64,000 nt of DNA from a virus (taxonomy: Duplodnaviria; Caudoviricetes): IMG/VR virus record IMGVR_UViG_3300028888_000002; one strand, 5' to 3'. The number at the start of each line of letters is the position of its first letter. Positions within the stretch are counted from its first letter, which is position 1. Made by a program: the position numbers and the translations under genes. The notes under the pieces were generated by a model. That model saw only the letters and a list, made by a program, of their open reading frames with translations. It had not been told where the DNA came from and ran no database searches. This document shows positions 43,447 to 53,787 of the stretch, piece after piece.

Positions 43447-44351
43447 TCCTCCTCCACTTCTGCGAACAGGACGGAGTTGAACGGGGTCTTCGTGCCCTTA
43501 ATCCAAACAAGCGTGTAGCTGTTATAGACTTCAATATCGGTCAATTCGTAGATTTCGCCCACGGTGAGTTCGCCCTTGTCGTCGCCCCACCACCCCGAAT
43601 TTTTGTCGTTTCGTATGCACTTGATTTTACGGGGTTCGTGGTTATCAATGTCAAGTTCACCGAACATAAGGGAACGCCTGGATTCCTTGCTTTCGGGATT
43701 ATCCTTGTGGCTTCCGAAAGACGGGGGGACATTGATAGCCAGGTGCGTAATCCTTACAAGGTATAATTCGTTGTCGTTTCCTTTTTCAAACTCACCGCAA
43801 AGCGTCACGTCGGACGTAAAGCCGTTCAATACAAGCGTCTTCAAAGTCTGCCCGCAGAGGTAGCGGTGCGAATCCACATTCACCACCGCCACAAGCCCGT
43901 GTTCCTTGTCGGGACGGATAGTCGCAACGCTACCAACCTTGTAAACCAAGTTGGCTGCTGTAGCCGACGGCTTTTCGTTTGTCGGGAGCAGTGAAGCGGG
44001 ACGCATATTTTCGGGCAACTCCAAAAAGTCCGCAATAACCCGTTCCGAAACACGATACTTGCGACCGTCGTTCGTGAAATTCACGGGGATTTCCACGACG
44101 GTAATGTTTCTAGGCTTCTGCGAACTAAACGGGTCCGCAGGGTCGCCACTGTCGGTCTTTTCCAGGAAGCCTTGAACTTCCTTAAAGTCCGTGTGGGAGT
44201 TTATAAGGTAATTCAAGCAGGTTGTAAATTCCTTTGCAGCCTTGACCCAATCTTCGTTTTCAAGGGCTTCACCGTTCGCATACTTGTCAGCGTTCATTTT
44301 AATGGTGTCAGCCACGTAGTAAAGTTTGTTCTTGATTTCTTCTCTTGTCAT
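43443..44351 (-). CDS. hypothetical multi-domain protein
   Basis: Start MTREEIK. Confidence 0.65.
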   Translation of the reverse strand: MTREEIKNKLYYVADTIKMNADKYANGEALENEDWVKAAKEFTTCLNYLINSHTDFKEVQGFLEKTDSGDPADPFSSQKPRNITVVEIPVNFTNDGRKYRVSERVIADFLELPENMRPASLLPTNEKPSATAANLVYKVGSVATIRPDKEHGLVAVVNVDSHRYLCGQTLKTLVLNGFTSDVTLCGEFEKGNDNELYLVRITHLAINVPPSFGSHKDNPESKESRRSLMFGELDIDNHEPRKIKCIRNDKNSGWWGDDKGELTVGEIYELTDIEVYNSYTLVWIKGTKTPFNSVLFAEVEEE

Positions 44352-44355
44352 AGGA

Positions 44356-44538
44356 TTAACCCCCGAAAACAGTTTCAATGTAACCGTCCAGGGCGAAAGC
44401 ACCCAGGAGGACAAGGGCACCTGCGATGCCCTGTGCCCAATAGACGACCTTTGCAACCCTAGCCTTGTGGCGGTTGTAAGCGGTCCAGGAAGAATATCCG
44501 TTAGGAATGTATTCGTTGAAATGGAAATTGTTAGCCAT
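44356..44538 (-). CDS. small membrane protein
   Basis: GGAGG RBS; C-terminal hydrophobic helix. Confidence 0.55.
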   Translation of the reverse strand: MANNFHFNEYIPNGYSSWTAYNRHKARVAKVVYWAQGIAGALVLLGAFALDGYIETVFGG

Positions 44539-44555
44539 TGTGGTTGTCCTCCAGG

Positions 44556-44870
44556 TTAAATCTTTTCGTGTTCAATGCGGTAGATTTCGGCTTCCACCTT
44601 TTCCATATAGGTGTCCGTGACTTCGCCAACGGTTACGTCCTTAATGCCCGCAAACGCAGCTTCAAGAGCAGTCTTGCATAAGGCTGCAACTTCGGCAGAC
44701 TTGAAAGCGTAGGTTGCGTGATACCTGCTGCAAAAACCGCCATTGTAGCAGAACTTTGCGTCAGCGAACTTCTTTGCGATACGCCCCACTTTGGAAGCGT
44801 AATTGATAATGTAGGTGACGCTAACCGTAAACGGGTAGGTCTGCAATGTTTGGTAGTCGGCAGTAATCAT
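44556..44870 (-). CDS. early hypothetical protein
   Basis: Start MITADY after the cassette 6 RBS. Confidence 0.7.
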   Translation of the reverse strand: MITADYQTLQTYPFTVSVTYIINYASKVGRIAKKFADAKFCYNGGFCSRYHATYAFKSAEVAALCKTALEAAFAGIKDVTVGEVTDTYMEKVEAEIYRIEHEKI

Positions 44871-44873
44871 TTT

Positions 44874-44960
44874 GGAAGCCTCGGTTAAAGTGGTTGTCTT
44901 TCCTTTACACCCTAAATATAACAAAATACCTGTGTGGTGTCAACAGGTATTGTTAAAAAT
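44874..44960 (-). promoter_or_regulatory. early promoter cassette copy 6
   Basis: TTGACA(44943-44938)-17bp-TATATT(44920-44915); AATACCTG-N11-CAGGTATT. Confidence 0.85.
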
Positions 44961-44977
44961 GATATGTTAAATTTAGT

Positions 44978-45694
44978 TTACACTACTTCAAAATCACGGG
45001 GCTTGTTCCGTATCGGGAAGTCGTGTTCACGGATTAGGTCCACGTAGGTCTGCAAGGACTCACGGTAGTCCTGGTGTTGGTCGGAGTCGCCACCTACTTT
45101 ACCGTTGAGCAGAGTTTCATTAGTCATAGCTACGCACAAATGCAGGTGTTCGCATTCAAGACCGAGGAATTGGTCTTCGCTGCCCCACTTGTTGAAGCGT
45201 GGCTCAAACAGGAACCCGTGGTTGTATGCCATTACGTCCTGTATCGCACCCACACGCATACAGAACCCGCAGGAATAGAACGGGTTGCACAACGTCCCTG
45301 TGTCCACGACCGTGGCACCGCTCAAAGGGACGAAAATCTTTTGGTGCCGTGCGTCGTGTTCGCAGGAATACAGCATACAATCAATGCTGTATGTCCGCAT
45401 AAGGTTTAGGACCTTTTCGGGGTTGTATTCCGTCGGGTAGCGGTCCCCGTCAAAGAACTCAACGTAGTCGTTGTAATCGGGCGAAAATTCCCGTAGAATA
45501 AACTGCAAGCCCGTGTTACGGTTCATTCCCCTATGACCTGCCGACGGCATAAGGACATAGCGACAGCCCAGGGCTTCGCATTCCTTAATGTCTTCGGCAG
45601 TCGGAGCGTCAAACACGAACACGGTATGGTCGTCGTGCGGGAACTTTCGGATATTTTCCGTTTGGTTATGGGATAGAATTACACGATAGAGCAT
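44978..45694 (-). CDS. GT-A fold glycosyltransferase (GT2-like)
   Basis: VILSHNQ, RGMNRNTGL, FFDGD (DxD), F.PRF.KWGSEDQFLG. Confidence 0.75.
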   Translation of the reverse strand: MLYRVILSHNQTENIRKFPHDDHTVFVFDAPTAEDIKECEALGCRYVLMPSAGHRGMNRNTGLQFILREFSPDYNDYVEFFDGDRYPTEYNPEKVLNLMRTYSIDCMLYSCEHDARHQKIFVPLSGATVVDTGTLCNPFYSCGFCMRVGAIQDVMAYNHGFLFEPRFNKWGSEDQFLGLECEHLHLCVAMTNETLLNGKVGGDSDQHQDYRESLQTYVDLIREHDFPIRNKPRDFEVV

Positions 45695-45697
45695 AGG

Positions 45698-47431
45698 CTA
45701 ATACTTCATAACGTAAATAGACCCATTCAACTTCACGAACAGCATTTCGCCCCTGGCGATTTCAGCCAAAGCGTTACCGCCATTGGACGGGGAAGCGTTG
45801 TCATACGTGAAGGCTTGTTTTACGAGGTTCATATACACGTCGGACGTATTACCCGATATGCCCTTACCTGTGCTTCCCCAATAGTTCGGGGGCACAAAGG
45901 ACGTGTCTTTACAGAAATATACTGTAGTTGTAGGCAAATGACTACCGTCCTTGTCCTGCGAGAACAAGTTAGCCTGTGCGGTAGAACCCGTCGGGTTCGC
46001 CACAGTCCCAAACGGCAACAGCATATGGTGAACCCTTACCGTGTAGATAACACCGTCAACAAGTTCGTCGTAGTCAATATATAAACTATTACTCGGAGTC
46101 CACCATCGGCAGTTTTGGTCGGTCTTAATAGTTTCCCATTTTACGGTATTGTCGGTAGGTGCAAAGATAGCTCCCCACGTATAGTAATCTAGTTCCGTAG
46201 CACCCTTAAATTTGAACGAAGCCGTCTTACTATTGTAATAGAATGAAATAGACCCCTGGTAATCGGGACAATCCTCCTTGACGGTTATAAAGGACGCACC
46301 GTTGCGGATAACACAAATCCTTGCCCAATCCCAATTAGTTGCGGGGTCGGTCCCACTACTTTTCATAGAATAGGCATAGCGGGTATTCACGCTATCGTCA
46401 AACAACAGCGGGATTGCCGTAATGTCAAAATTGGACAATACAACTTTTTCCGAACCTCCACCGCCACCACCTGCGGAGGCAGTCTTCCAGGTAACGGAAC
46501 CGTTCTTATGAATAGTGACGACTTTGCCTTCGTCCAAATTAGAGAAGCGAATTTCGTCGGAGTCGTAGCCACACGCTTGATAACGGGAAGACGCATAGGC
46601 GTGAGCCACAATAAGGACAACTTCGCAGCCCCATTCCATTGTAGCCATAATTTGCTGATACAGACCAGGCTTACTCGTTGTCGGGGTCAAGTTACCGCCA
46701 GGGCTTTGAGAAACAATACCATAATTGGCTACAATACCACCGCCCTGCATCCAATTAGCATAAACGACAAACGGAACGTAACCGTCCCAATAACCGCCAG
46801 GGTTGGCAGTGAAACGGCTACCCGATAGACAATCCTGTGCTATGACTTGACCGCCTTGCCTACCCTCAAAATCGGTAGTGGCTCCCGAAACTGTTTTGTA
46901 AGCACCGACCTTAACCACACCATTGTTAGAAATGCCATTCGTATGAATTAACGGTGCAAGGGGCGTGGACCAAAAGTTGAAGCCCCCAGGTAAAGAAGAC
47001 GCAGCGTAAGGATATGCAGAATAAATGTTAATCATATCCTTTGTGACAGCCATATTCCAACTGCCATTCAACTTGAAGTCGCTGCAATCTATGAACGTGC
47101 TGTCATTCAAAAAACGGCTATCCAGGATTAGTCTTACGTCCGAGGGAAGTTTACCGCTTATGAAAATGTTAAGGGGCGGTTTTACCTGTGGACCACGCCA
47201 CGGGGCAGATGCACCGTCCAATTCACGGATAATTAGTTCCCCCAGGTCCACATTACGATAGCCCGAACTATCCCTTGACGGGGATATAGCTTCAATAACG
47301 TTGTCAATCTTTTCCTGCGTGATTACGAAATCATAATGGATAGCTTCTGCCAACTGATTAGCGTTTACAGGCTTAAAAATATCGTTTGGGCGATAATCGG
47401 TGTGGATTTCGTTATTCGGGTTATTCAGCAT
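45698..47431 (-). CDS. putative virion/tail-associated protein
   Basis: 577 aa, beta-rich Gly/Asn/Ser/Thr/aromatic composition, poly-Gly linker between domains. Confidence 0.5.
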   Translation of the reverse strand: MLNNPNNEIHTDYRPNDIFKPVNANQLAEAIHYDFVITQEKIDNVIEAISPSRDSSGYRNVDLGELIIRELDGASAPWRGPQVKPPLNIFISGKLPSDVRLILDSRFLNDSTFIDCSDFKLNGSWNMAVTKDMINIYSAYPYAASSLPGGFNFWSTPLAPLIHTNGISNNGVVKVGAYKTVSGATTDFEGRQGGQVIAQDCLSGSRFTANPGGYWDGYVPFVVYANWMQGGGIVANYGIVSQSPGGNLTPTTSKPGLYQQIMATMEWGCEVVLIVAHAYASSRYQACGYDSDEIRFSNLDEGKVVTIHKNGSVTWKTASAGGGGGGSEKVVLSNFDITAIPLLFDDSVNTRYAYSMKSSGTDPATNWDWARICVIRNGASFITVKEDCPDYQGSISFYYNSKTASFKFKGATELDYYTWGAIFAPTDNTVKWETIKTDQNCRWWTPSNSLYIDYDELVDGVIYTVRVHHMLLPFGTVANPTGSTAQANLFSQDKDGSHLPTTTVYFCKDTSFVPPNYWGSTGKGISGNTSDVYMNLVKQAFTYDNASPSNGGNALAEIARGEMLFVKLNGSIYVMKY

Positions 47432-47470
47432 ATCGGAAACCTCTTTTCCTTAAAAATAACTTTTTATTCC

Positions 47471-50386
47471 CTACAACGCTTCGGTCGCAGCGATAATTTT
47501 AGCTCTAAAATCATACACGGAGTTCACGAACTTTTCAATCTTGTCGGCATAGTCCTTGAAGATTTCAAATCGGAACGGGGAATACTGCCCGTTGTTTTCG
47601 GGCAACTGCCCAATGAACTGCGGGGTGGAAATATGGAACTCCGACAAGTCGTCCTGCAAGTTCTTCAAGCGTTCACCGTTATCACCGCAAAGCCCCGCCA
47701 AATTATAAGCTAAAAGATACAATTCGTGGATAATATCCATAAGCGACCACTTTTCGGGGTCCACGTATTTAGCACACTTCGGAATAGGATTACGCATAGT
47801 GATATAGTGGTATTCGTCACCGCTAGGGCTTACAGCGTCCACAGACAGGAACGAACCCAGGCTAGGACTGCCCGACAACTTTGACACCGATATGCTTTCG
47901 CACGGGAACACATAGAACGTATAAGAGTCGTTTGACCCGTAGGACTTCGTTGTGCTTTCCAACGCTTCGTGAACAATCGCCATTTGCATAGAGCGGGTCT
48001 GCGACACGTAGCTAGAATGGTAAAACAGGATATGCCCAGGGTTGGCGATTTCGTAATACAGGCTTGAACCCGATTTGACCTTTGCGTATTTTGCGACAAA
48101 TTCAAGGTAGGGCATTTCCTTGTAATGCCAGGACTGCATAGAAAGTAAATCGCCATAGACACCGAAGCACGGGAACTTCGTTTCTCGCCCGTGGTCTATT
48201 GAATAGCCGATAATGTCAGCAAGTTCTTCGTTGACGCTAGTTGCCGATTCATTGAACGAACGGTAATAGGTCACGAACGTAGTAGGTGCCTGGGCTTCTT
48301 CGGCAGACGCAGGAACCTTGCCGTCGGGGAAGAAGATATTGCCCAGGTAAACAGATTCGTTCTTTACTAGAACTTTCGCAAGGTTTAGCTGTGCGGACTT
48401 GTGCTTGTAAAGGGATTCGGAAACGGGACCCAATGCTTTCGGCTGTGCCGTGGCTGCGTCAAGGGCTGCGTATTGCTCCATAAGGATAGCGTCGTCGTTT
48501 ACGTTGTCGCCACCCTGGTAGCCGACGGTCATAGGCTCACGGGTATCGTTCCCCTGGTCGTCCTTTGCAGGCGTGTCTTTTACAGGAGTAGCCACATTCA
48601 GCCCTGCCGTGACATTTGTCATATTCGCAATAATGTAACCCGCCACGCAGTTGAACTCTATGCTACGGTTTCGGACTTGATAATTCGTAGAATCATTAGA
48701 CGGGAACATAACGAACCCGATGCCGTCCGTAGGATATGCCACGTTCACGCTGTCACCCTCGGCAACGGTCTGCCCGCCCGAAGACGTTTGTATGACCTGC
48801 CCGCTCTTTTTGTTCACCTTGTAAGCGACAAACGGGACACCCAAATTACGGTTCCAATCGTCGTTTACACCGCTTACAGGGTTAAACGACGGAGCAGCCA
48901 TATACACTTCGTCGTCGTTCAAGCTGCCGTCCTTACCGCTGATTACGTGGGCAGCTTCATTGAACGCAGACATAATAGCGTCATACATTTTTTCATACGC
49001 ATTTTCTGTGGGTTCAAGGACGTTGTTGTTTTCAAACTCAACGACCATTTGTCGCCATATCGCAGTCATTTGATTTTCCACTATGTCAGCGAACCCGCTG
49101 TCAAGCCTCCACCTGTCGTAGTTCTTACCGCTAGGGTGGACATTGTTTACGTCCATTTGCAACAGCCAAAACTGCGTAATCGTGGACGGTTCAACACCGT
49201 AAGCCTGGAAGCCTTCCAGGATATAGTTGAGCAGCATATTGTAGGCGGTTTCGTAACGCTGCTGCCATTGGTCCATAAGTGCCACGAACGTTTCCGTGAA
49301 AATCGGGGCAAAGATTTCGGACACGCTAGGCTTGTCACTGTCACCGTCCGAAACTTCAACGTTCGTGCCGTTAAGCGACATTTTGTCAGTATCTAACTGT
49401 GCGAACGTGTGACCCACACGCAACGGCTTTGCAGACCCCTCGCCATACGAACGCCTGGGGTAGAAAGCGTTAATCGCAGGTAGATATTCGTTAGTGTAGG
49501 AACTGCCCCAATACTGCAAGGCACGTTCAAGCATATACATTGTATTGGGCAGGTAATACGGGGTGCCGTCAAGATACCAGGTGTCGGGGTTTTGATAGTC
49601 AAACTTGCCGATATACGAAGCCTGCCTTACGACCATTTTCGGGTCGGGAACAGGTAACGGGAGCGGTGTAAATCCCCGTCCTGGCGGGTTGTTATTAAGG
49701 TCTATTTGGTGGACGGTCCCGTTGCTCTTTGACGGGATTGGCAGCTTATACCAATACGCACAGGTGACGTTCGGAACAATGCTGTCAAGCAGCGGGAGCG
49801 GTGTAATCTTGAAATACAGGGCACCCCAATACTGCTGTATCATTCCCAGGTAGGATTCCAGGCACAGCAGCCCGTCGGTCATAGAAATAAGGGCTAGGAT
49901 TGTCTGCTTAATGGTAGCCTTTACACCCGAAAGCAAATCGCCCGCAAGACTGCCTGTCTGCGTGGCAAGAATGCCCATAGCATCGTAAAGTGCCCAATAG
50001 TTAGCTTCGCCCATATAGCGACGCAGGATAGGCGTGTCCTGGACGATTTCCCAGGCTTCCTTTGCGAAATCCAGGGTGAACGTCCCCGTGAAATCTGCAC
50101 CCAGGTCGTTAATTTTCCCAAGCAGTTCCGCATACATTTCTTCAATCTGCTTCAAGCGGTCCAACCAATCGTTCAACCACTTGTCAATCTGCTTCAACGA
50201 AGACTTCTTACCCTTAATGAGCGGACCCATTAGCGTATGAAGCGTGTCATACGCATTACGGGCACCCAGGACGGCTGCGGAAACATACGGGTTGTTGTCC
50301 TCGGCTGCAATAGCTACGTTGTCGTCCATTATGCTGTCGGACGGCTTTTCCTTGAACAACGAACCGATTTTGGAAAAAAGGTTCAT
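47471..50386 (-). CDS. large hypothetical protein, putative virion structural
   Basis: 971 aa ORF co-oriented with the amidase and tail-like gene. Confidence 0.55.
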   Translation of the reverse strand: MNLFSKIGSLFKEKPSDSIMDDNVAIAAEDNNPYVSAAVLGARNAYDTLHTLMGPLIKGKKSSLKQIDKWLNDWLDRLKQIEEMYAELLGKINDLGADFTGTFTLDFAKEAWEIVQDTPILRRYMGEANYWALYDAMGILATQTGSLAGDLLSGVKATIKQTILALISMTDGLLCLESYLGMIQQYWGALYFKITPLPLLDSIVPNVTCAYWYKLPIPSKSNGTVHQIDLNNNPPGRGFTPLPLPVPDPKMVVRQASYIGKFDYQNPDTWYLDGTPYYLPNTMYMLERALQYWGSSYTNEYLPAINAFYPRRSYGEGSAKPLRVGHTFAQLDTDKMSLNGTNVEVSDGDSDKPSVSEIFAPIFTETFVALMDQWQQRYETAYNMLLNYILEGFQAYGVEPSTITQFWLLQMDVNNVHPSGKNYDRWRLDSGFADIVENQMTAIWRQMVVEFENNNVLEPTENAYEKMYDAIMSAFNEAAHVISGKDGSLNDDEVYMAAPSFNPVSGVNDDWNRNLGVPFVAYKVNKKSGQVIQTSSGGQTVAEGDSVNVAYPTDGIGFVMFPSNDSTNYQVRNRSIEFNCVAGYIIANMTNVTAGLNVATPVKDTPAKDDQGNDTREPMTVGYQGGDNVNDDAILMEQYAALDAATAQPKALGPVSESLYKHKSAQLNLAKVLVKNESVYLGNIFFPDGKVPASAEEAQAPTTFVTYYRSFNESATSVNEELADIIGYSIDHGRETKFPCFGVYGDLLSMQSWHYKEMPYLEFVAKYAKVKSGSSLYYEIANPGHILFYHSSYVSQTRSMQMAIVHEALESTTKSYGSNDSYTFYVFPCESISVSKLSGSPSLGSFLSVDAVSPSGDEYHYITMRNPIPKCAKYVDPEKWSLMDIIHELYLLAYNLAGLCGDNGERLKNLQDDLSEFHISTPQFIGQLPENNGQYSPFRFEIFKDYADKIEKFVNSVYDFRAKIIAATEAL

Positions 50387-50389
50387 AGG

Positions 50390-50827
50390 CTATTTCTTCT
50401 TGTTGTCGGGAAGTGCAGGGGCGTTCATATTGACACGGTTCAAGATACCCTTTGCCATAAGGTAGTTAATGTATGCAAGCAAATGCTTGCACGGAGCAGC
50501 TACCTGCTTCGGGTTATTGATTTTCTTGTTGACGTGACCCGTTCCAGGATAGGTGGACCCGATTTTTGCAAGCGGGTCCTGGACGTAGTATTGGAACGCA
50601 GGACAAGAGCAGAAAATGTAAGACACGGGACTTTGGAAATTGACCTTGCCCGTTTCGTCCTTCTGCAATTCCACTTCCATAGTGTATAAGCCGTTGGACC
50701 CCGTGGCTGTCCCTTTAAGCAGGACGTAATGACCGTTATGCTTTGCGGAACTGTGACGGACCTTTGGAGTTACCTTTGGGGAAAACACCTTTGAATAGTT
50801 GTCAGCTAGATTTTTTAGCGTAAGCAT
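50390..50827 (-). CDS. SWIM zinc-finger protein
   Basis: CSCPAFQY...PCKHLLA (CxC-xn-CxH). Confidence 0.75.
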   Translation of the reverse strand: MLTLKNLADNYSKVFSPKVTPKVRHSSAKHNGHYVLLKGTATGSNGLYTMEVELQKDETGKVNFQSPVSYIFCSCPAFQYYVQDPLAKIGSTYPGTGHVNKKINNPKQVAAPCKHLLAYINYLMAKGILNRVNMNAPALPDNKKK

Positions 50828-50845
50828 TTTGCATACCTCGGTAAT

Positions 50846-51679
50846 TTAAGCGGACTGCACCCAACCGCTATCGGTGTAGTAGAAACCGTTCTTTGACACG
50901 GTGTAGGGCATTACGGTAGCGTCCTGGGTATGAGCCACGATAGGGGCATCCGTGGACGGCTTACTGTAAAAGAAACTGTCGGCTGCGACGTTCACGGTCC
51001 CGCCTTCGGGCATAGGACTAGGCGACGGCACAGGGGTATCTTCTTCAATTTCATTCAAGAGCATAGCGACGTTGCTCTTGAACGTTTCAAAACCCGCTTC
51101 GGCACCAGGGGCGTTGCACCACATCGCAGGGCATAGCTTACCCGTGATTTGGTTGTGCATAATGATATTGCTTACCTTGATACCAAATTCGTCGCAAAGC
51201 CACGCAGTAAGCTGCACGGCTTTCATATAGGTTTCGTCGTTGAAATACCACCCGTCGTCCATAGGGTCACAGCATTTACGCCCCGTCTTGCAGGAACAGA
51301 TTTCCACGTTAATGGTGTTAGCGTGACCCGCCACACCTGCGTGGCTCATAGAGAGCGGACCCTTGTAGGTTGAGGGACCCCAACCAGGGACTTCACAGGC
51401 GTTCTTTTTACCCACACGGGACCCACAGCTATACGTGCAGAAATGGGTCTTCGGGTTCACCATTTCCCAAATAGCGGATTTACCCACAAGATAGTGAGCG
51501 TTTGAGCCACGCTCCGCATACGACTTGTAGGCTGCGAGCATACCCGCAGGACCGTCGCTGTTACTTGAAAAACCCGAAGTGAAATGAATGACAATATAGG
51601 CGGGAGCGTTCCTGCCCCACCTTGTAATGTTAGCCCATAGCTTGTGGGCTGACGATATGGACGGTTTACTGACAGCCAT
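50846..51679 (-). CDS. N-acetylmuramoyl-L-alanine amidase (Amidase_2), probable endolysin
   Basis: YIVIHFT, AHYLVG, NTINVEIC, IIMH...KLCP zinc ligands; short C-terminal binding domain. Confidence 0.85.
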   Translation of the reverse strand: MAVSKPSISSAHKLWANITRWGRNAPAYIVIHFTSGFSSNSDGPAGMLAAYKSYAERGSNAHYLVGKSAIWEMVNPKTHFCTYSCGSRVGKKNACEVPGWGPSTYKGPLSMSHAGVAGHANTINVEICSCKTGRKCCDPMDDGWYFNDETYMKAVQLTAWLCDEFGIKVSNIIMHNQITGKLCPAMWCNAPGAEAGFETFKSNVAMLLNEIEEDTPVPSPSPMPEGGTVNVAADSFFYSKPSTDAPIVAHTQDATVMPYTVSKNGFYYTDSGWVQSA

Positions 51680-51707
51680 ACCTTAAATATACATTATTTG
51701 TAGAAAG

Positions 51708-52118
51708 CTAGGTGCTTTCCGTGTCTTTCAAAAAGTCGTCAATCCAACCCTTTTGAGCATTTTCCCACAGGGTCATAGCGAATTGAGAAGCCAGGTCGTT
51801 ATACAGAATGGATTTAACCATACAGGTCATAGCCCCTGGGGACATATTCCCGATGGCTCCCGCAGTAAGGGCACCCATCAGTTTTTGGGCGACATTTTCA
51901 GCCATAAAGTAGCCCACGATTACGGGAACCAGGTTCCCGTCTTCCCTGCGGGTTTCTACAAGTTCATTGAAGCAGTCGGACAGTTCGTGAGTCTTTTCTG
52001 CCAGGGACTTGATTACAGGTGTCAACGTGAGTTCTTTCAAAGTCTTGTCATTTAGCAAGGATTCTTTGAGTTGGTCGTAAGCTGCTTTCCAATTTTCTTT
52101 AAGTTCTTCGTCAATCAT
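51708..52118 (-). CDS. hypothetical protein
   Basis: Start MIDEELK (ATGA overlap). Confidence 0.6.
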   Translation of the reverse strand: MIDEELKENWKAAYDQLKESLLNDKTLKELTLTPVIKSLAEKTHELSDCFNELVETRREDGNLVPVIVGYFMAENVAQKLMGALTAGAIGNMSPGAMTCMVKSILYNDLASQFAMTLWENAQKGWIDDFLKDTEST

Positions 52119-52873
52119 AGAGTAACCGCCTTTGGCTTGTCCTGCCAAAATTTGTCAATTATTCCCAACTTCGCATACCGCTTGATAGCCTGTTCCGCAG
52201 ACGTAATGTTGCTGTAATGCGTCGGCACGTCCAATAGAAGCTGTTGCAGCGTGTAGTCGGGGTGCTTCTGTGCTTCAAGTTTAAGTGCATCTATGGTTCG
52301 GGTGAACGTCGTAGAACGCTTACCAATCTTGCTCCCCGCAGGTGCCTGGTTCTCGCCTATACGCTCAAAGCAGGTCTTCCAATAATCCAGGTCCGCAGGG
52401 AACAGGTAAATCCCGCTGTTCGTCCCACCGTAAACGTCCTTTTCAAACGGGTCGTAGCCCCTGGCAAAACGGGCATACTGTCCGTCAACGACAATAAGCC
52501 CCAACCCCAATTCTTCCAGGATTACTTTCTTCGGGGAGTAATACCAATCTTTCAAGACACTAACGGGGACAGCGATATAGGAAGCCGTGGCTACGTTACG
52601 CCAACGGCTCGCCTGGGCGAACACCTTGTAATTCAGTTCCATCTTCGCTTCAATCGTGAAGACCCGCTCCCCATTCTCATAGACCAAATCGCAGGACACC
52701 CCCGAAATACCCACTTCTTCGTGAAGCGTGTAGTTCGGGAACAGGTTTGACTTCTTCAAGATTTCACAAAGTTCAACTTCGCTAAAAGTCTTTTTCAATT
52801 TACAACTCCGTTCATTATGCTTAAAGCTGCCAAACGCTTCCTTAAATTCGGCTATGGGCATCATCATTGACAT
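52115..52873 (-). CDS. PD-(D/E)XK nuclease-fold protein
   Basis: EEV......CDLV......IEAK.....VFAQA..W...A..SYIAVP...GLGLI. Confidence 0.7.
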   Translation of the reverse strand: MSMMMPIAEFKEAFGSFKHNERSCKLKKTFSEVELCEILKKSNLFPNYTLHEEVGISGVSCDLVYENGERVFTIEAKMELNYKVFAQASRWRNVATASYIAVPVSVLKDWYYSPKKVILEELGLGLIVVDGQYARFARGYDPFEKDVYGGTNSGIYLFPADLDYWKTCFERIGENQAPAGSKIGKRSTTFTRTIDALKLEAQKHPDYTLQQLLLDVPTHYSNITSAEQAIKRYAKLGIIDKFWQDKPKAVTL

Positions 52874-53169
52874 TTGACAACCTTTGCTGTCTTGCCCGCC
52901 AACAGTGCGTCAAAGATAGGGAATACGTCGTTTGCACACAGACCGCCCAGGTGCTTCATTTGACTTTTCAAGCAGCGGATAATCGTGTCTTTACCCTCAT
53001 CGCAGACAAGGTAAATGTTCTTTGCGTAGTATTCCCCGTTCTTAACGCCCACTTCAAAAATGCGGGTGTTCATTTGGGTGCGTTCCAGGAAATCCACCAA
53101 CCGTGGGAATGAAAGCCCCTGGCACATTCCGCATTCATTCATACATTCCAAAAAGCCTTCAAAGTTCAT
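52864..53169 (-). CDS. hypothetical protein
   Basis: Start MNFEGF. Confidence 0.55.
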   Translation of the reverse strand: MNFEGFLECMNECGMCQGLSFPRLVDFLERTQMNTRIFEVGVKNGEYYAKNIYLVCDEGKDTIIRCLKSQMKHLGGLCANDVFPIFDALLAGKTAKVVKCQ

Positions 53170-53509
53170 AGTTTTTACATTCCTTTTCCCATTCTTCTTC
53201 GCTGCGTTTAATCCACCCATAGAACTCTTTGTCCCACAGCACTTTCATAGCTAAACGCCAGGGGTGCGTAATGAACGACAAAGTTCTGTAAGCGATATAC
53301 ACCAGGCGGTCTTTCCAAAATTCGGGTTCCCACGACGACAAGGCGTATGTGGAAATATCCCAATCCGTCGGGTCCGACGTTCTGCAATACGGGCAGTAGA
53401 ACGGACCCTCTTCGTCGCCCAGGACAAATTCGCTAGAACCCGTCCACAGGCACTTTCGGCAACGGACGGGGTAGTAGCTTTTCCAATGGTGCTTTTGGAC
53501 TAGCTTCAT
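53159..53509 (-). CDS. zinc-ribbon hypothetical protein
   Basis: CRKCLWTG...YCPYC. Confidence 0.6.
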   Translation of the reverse strand: MKLVQKHHWKSYYPVRCRKCLWTGSSEFVLGDEEGPFYCPYCRTSDPTDWDISTYALSSWEPEFWKDRLVYIAYRTLSFITHPWRLAMKVLWDKEFYGWIKRSEEEWEKECKNYEL

Positions 53510-53787
53510 TTCTTGCCCTTGAATTTCTTCGTCTTTGATTCGGTCGGGGCAGCGACGGGAACAGCTTGAAATTCCTTACGCATAAATTCCGTCACACGGG
53601 CGTAAGCCTTGTCGTTGCTTTCCTGCGAGAAGCCCCGATATTCGGTTCGGGCGGGATAGACCGTGGTCGTGCCGTCGTCTTCTTCACAGAGGACGATAGC
53701 CCAACCAAAAATATGCAAAAATGAGTTCACGAAATGGAACAAGCCCGTTTCACGAAATTCCGACCAACTTTTCTTTTCGTAAGCCAT
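53506..53787 (-). CDS. conserved-type phage hypothetical protein
   Basis: WSEFRETGLF..VN.FLHIFGWAIV...YPART..RGF. Confidence 0.65.
   Translation of the reverse strand: MAYEKKSWSEFRETGLFHFVNSFLHIFGWAIVLCEEDDGTTTVYPARTEYRGFSQESNDKAYARVTEFMRKEFQAVPVAAPTESKTKKFKGKK

Noticed and set aside
43700-43960. Faint likeness of part of ORF 43443..44351 to T4 gp21-type prohead protease (GQTLKTLVLNG)
   Set aside because: The catalytic H and SSRG motifs are absent and the context is an early module; too weak to call.
52115-52873. PD-(D/E)XK protein as the cognate restriction endonuclease of the MTases
   Set aside because: It is not adjacent to any MTase and resembles common stand-alone phage nuclease-fold proteins; there is no evidence for an RM pair.
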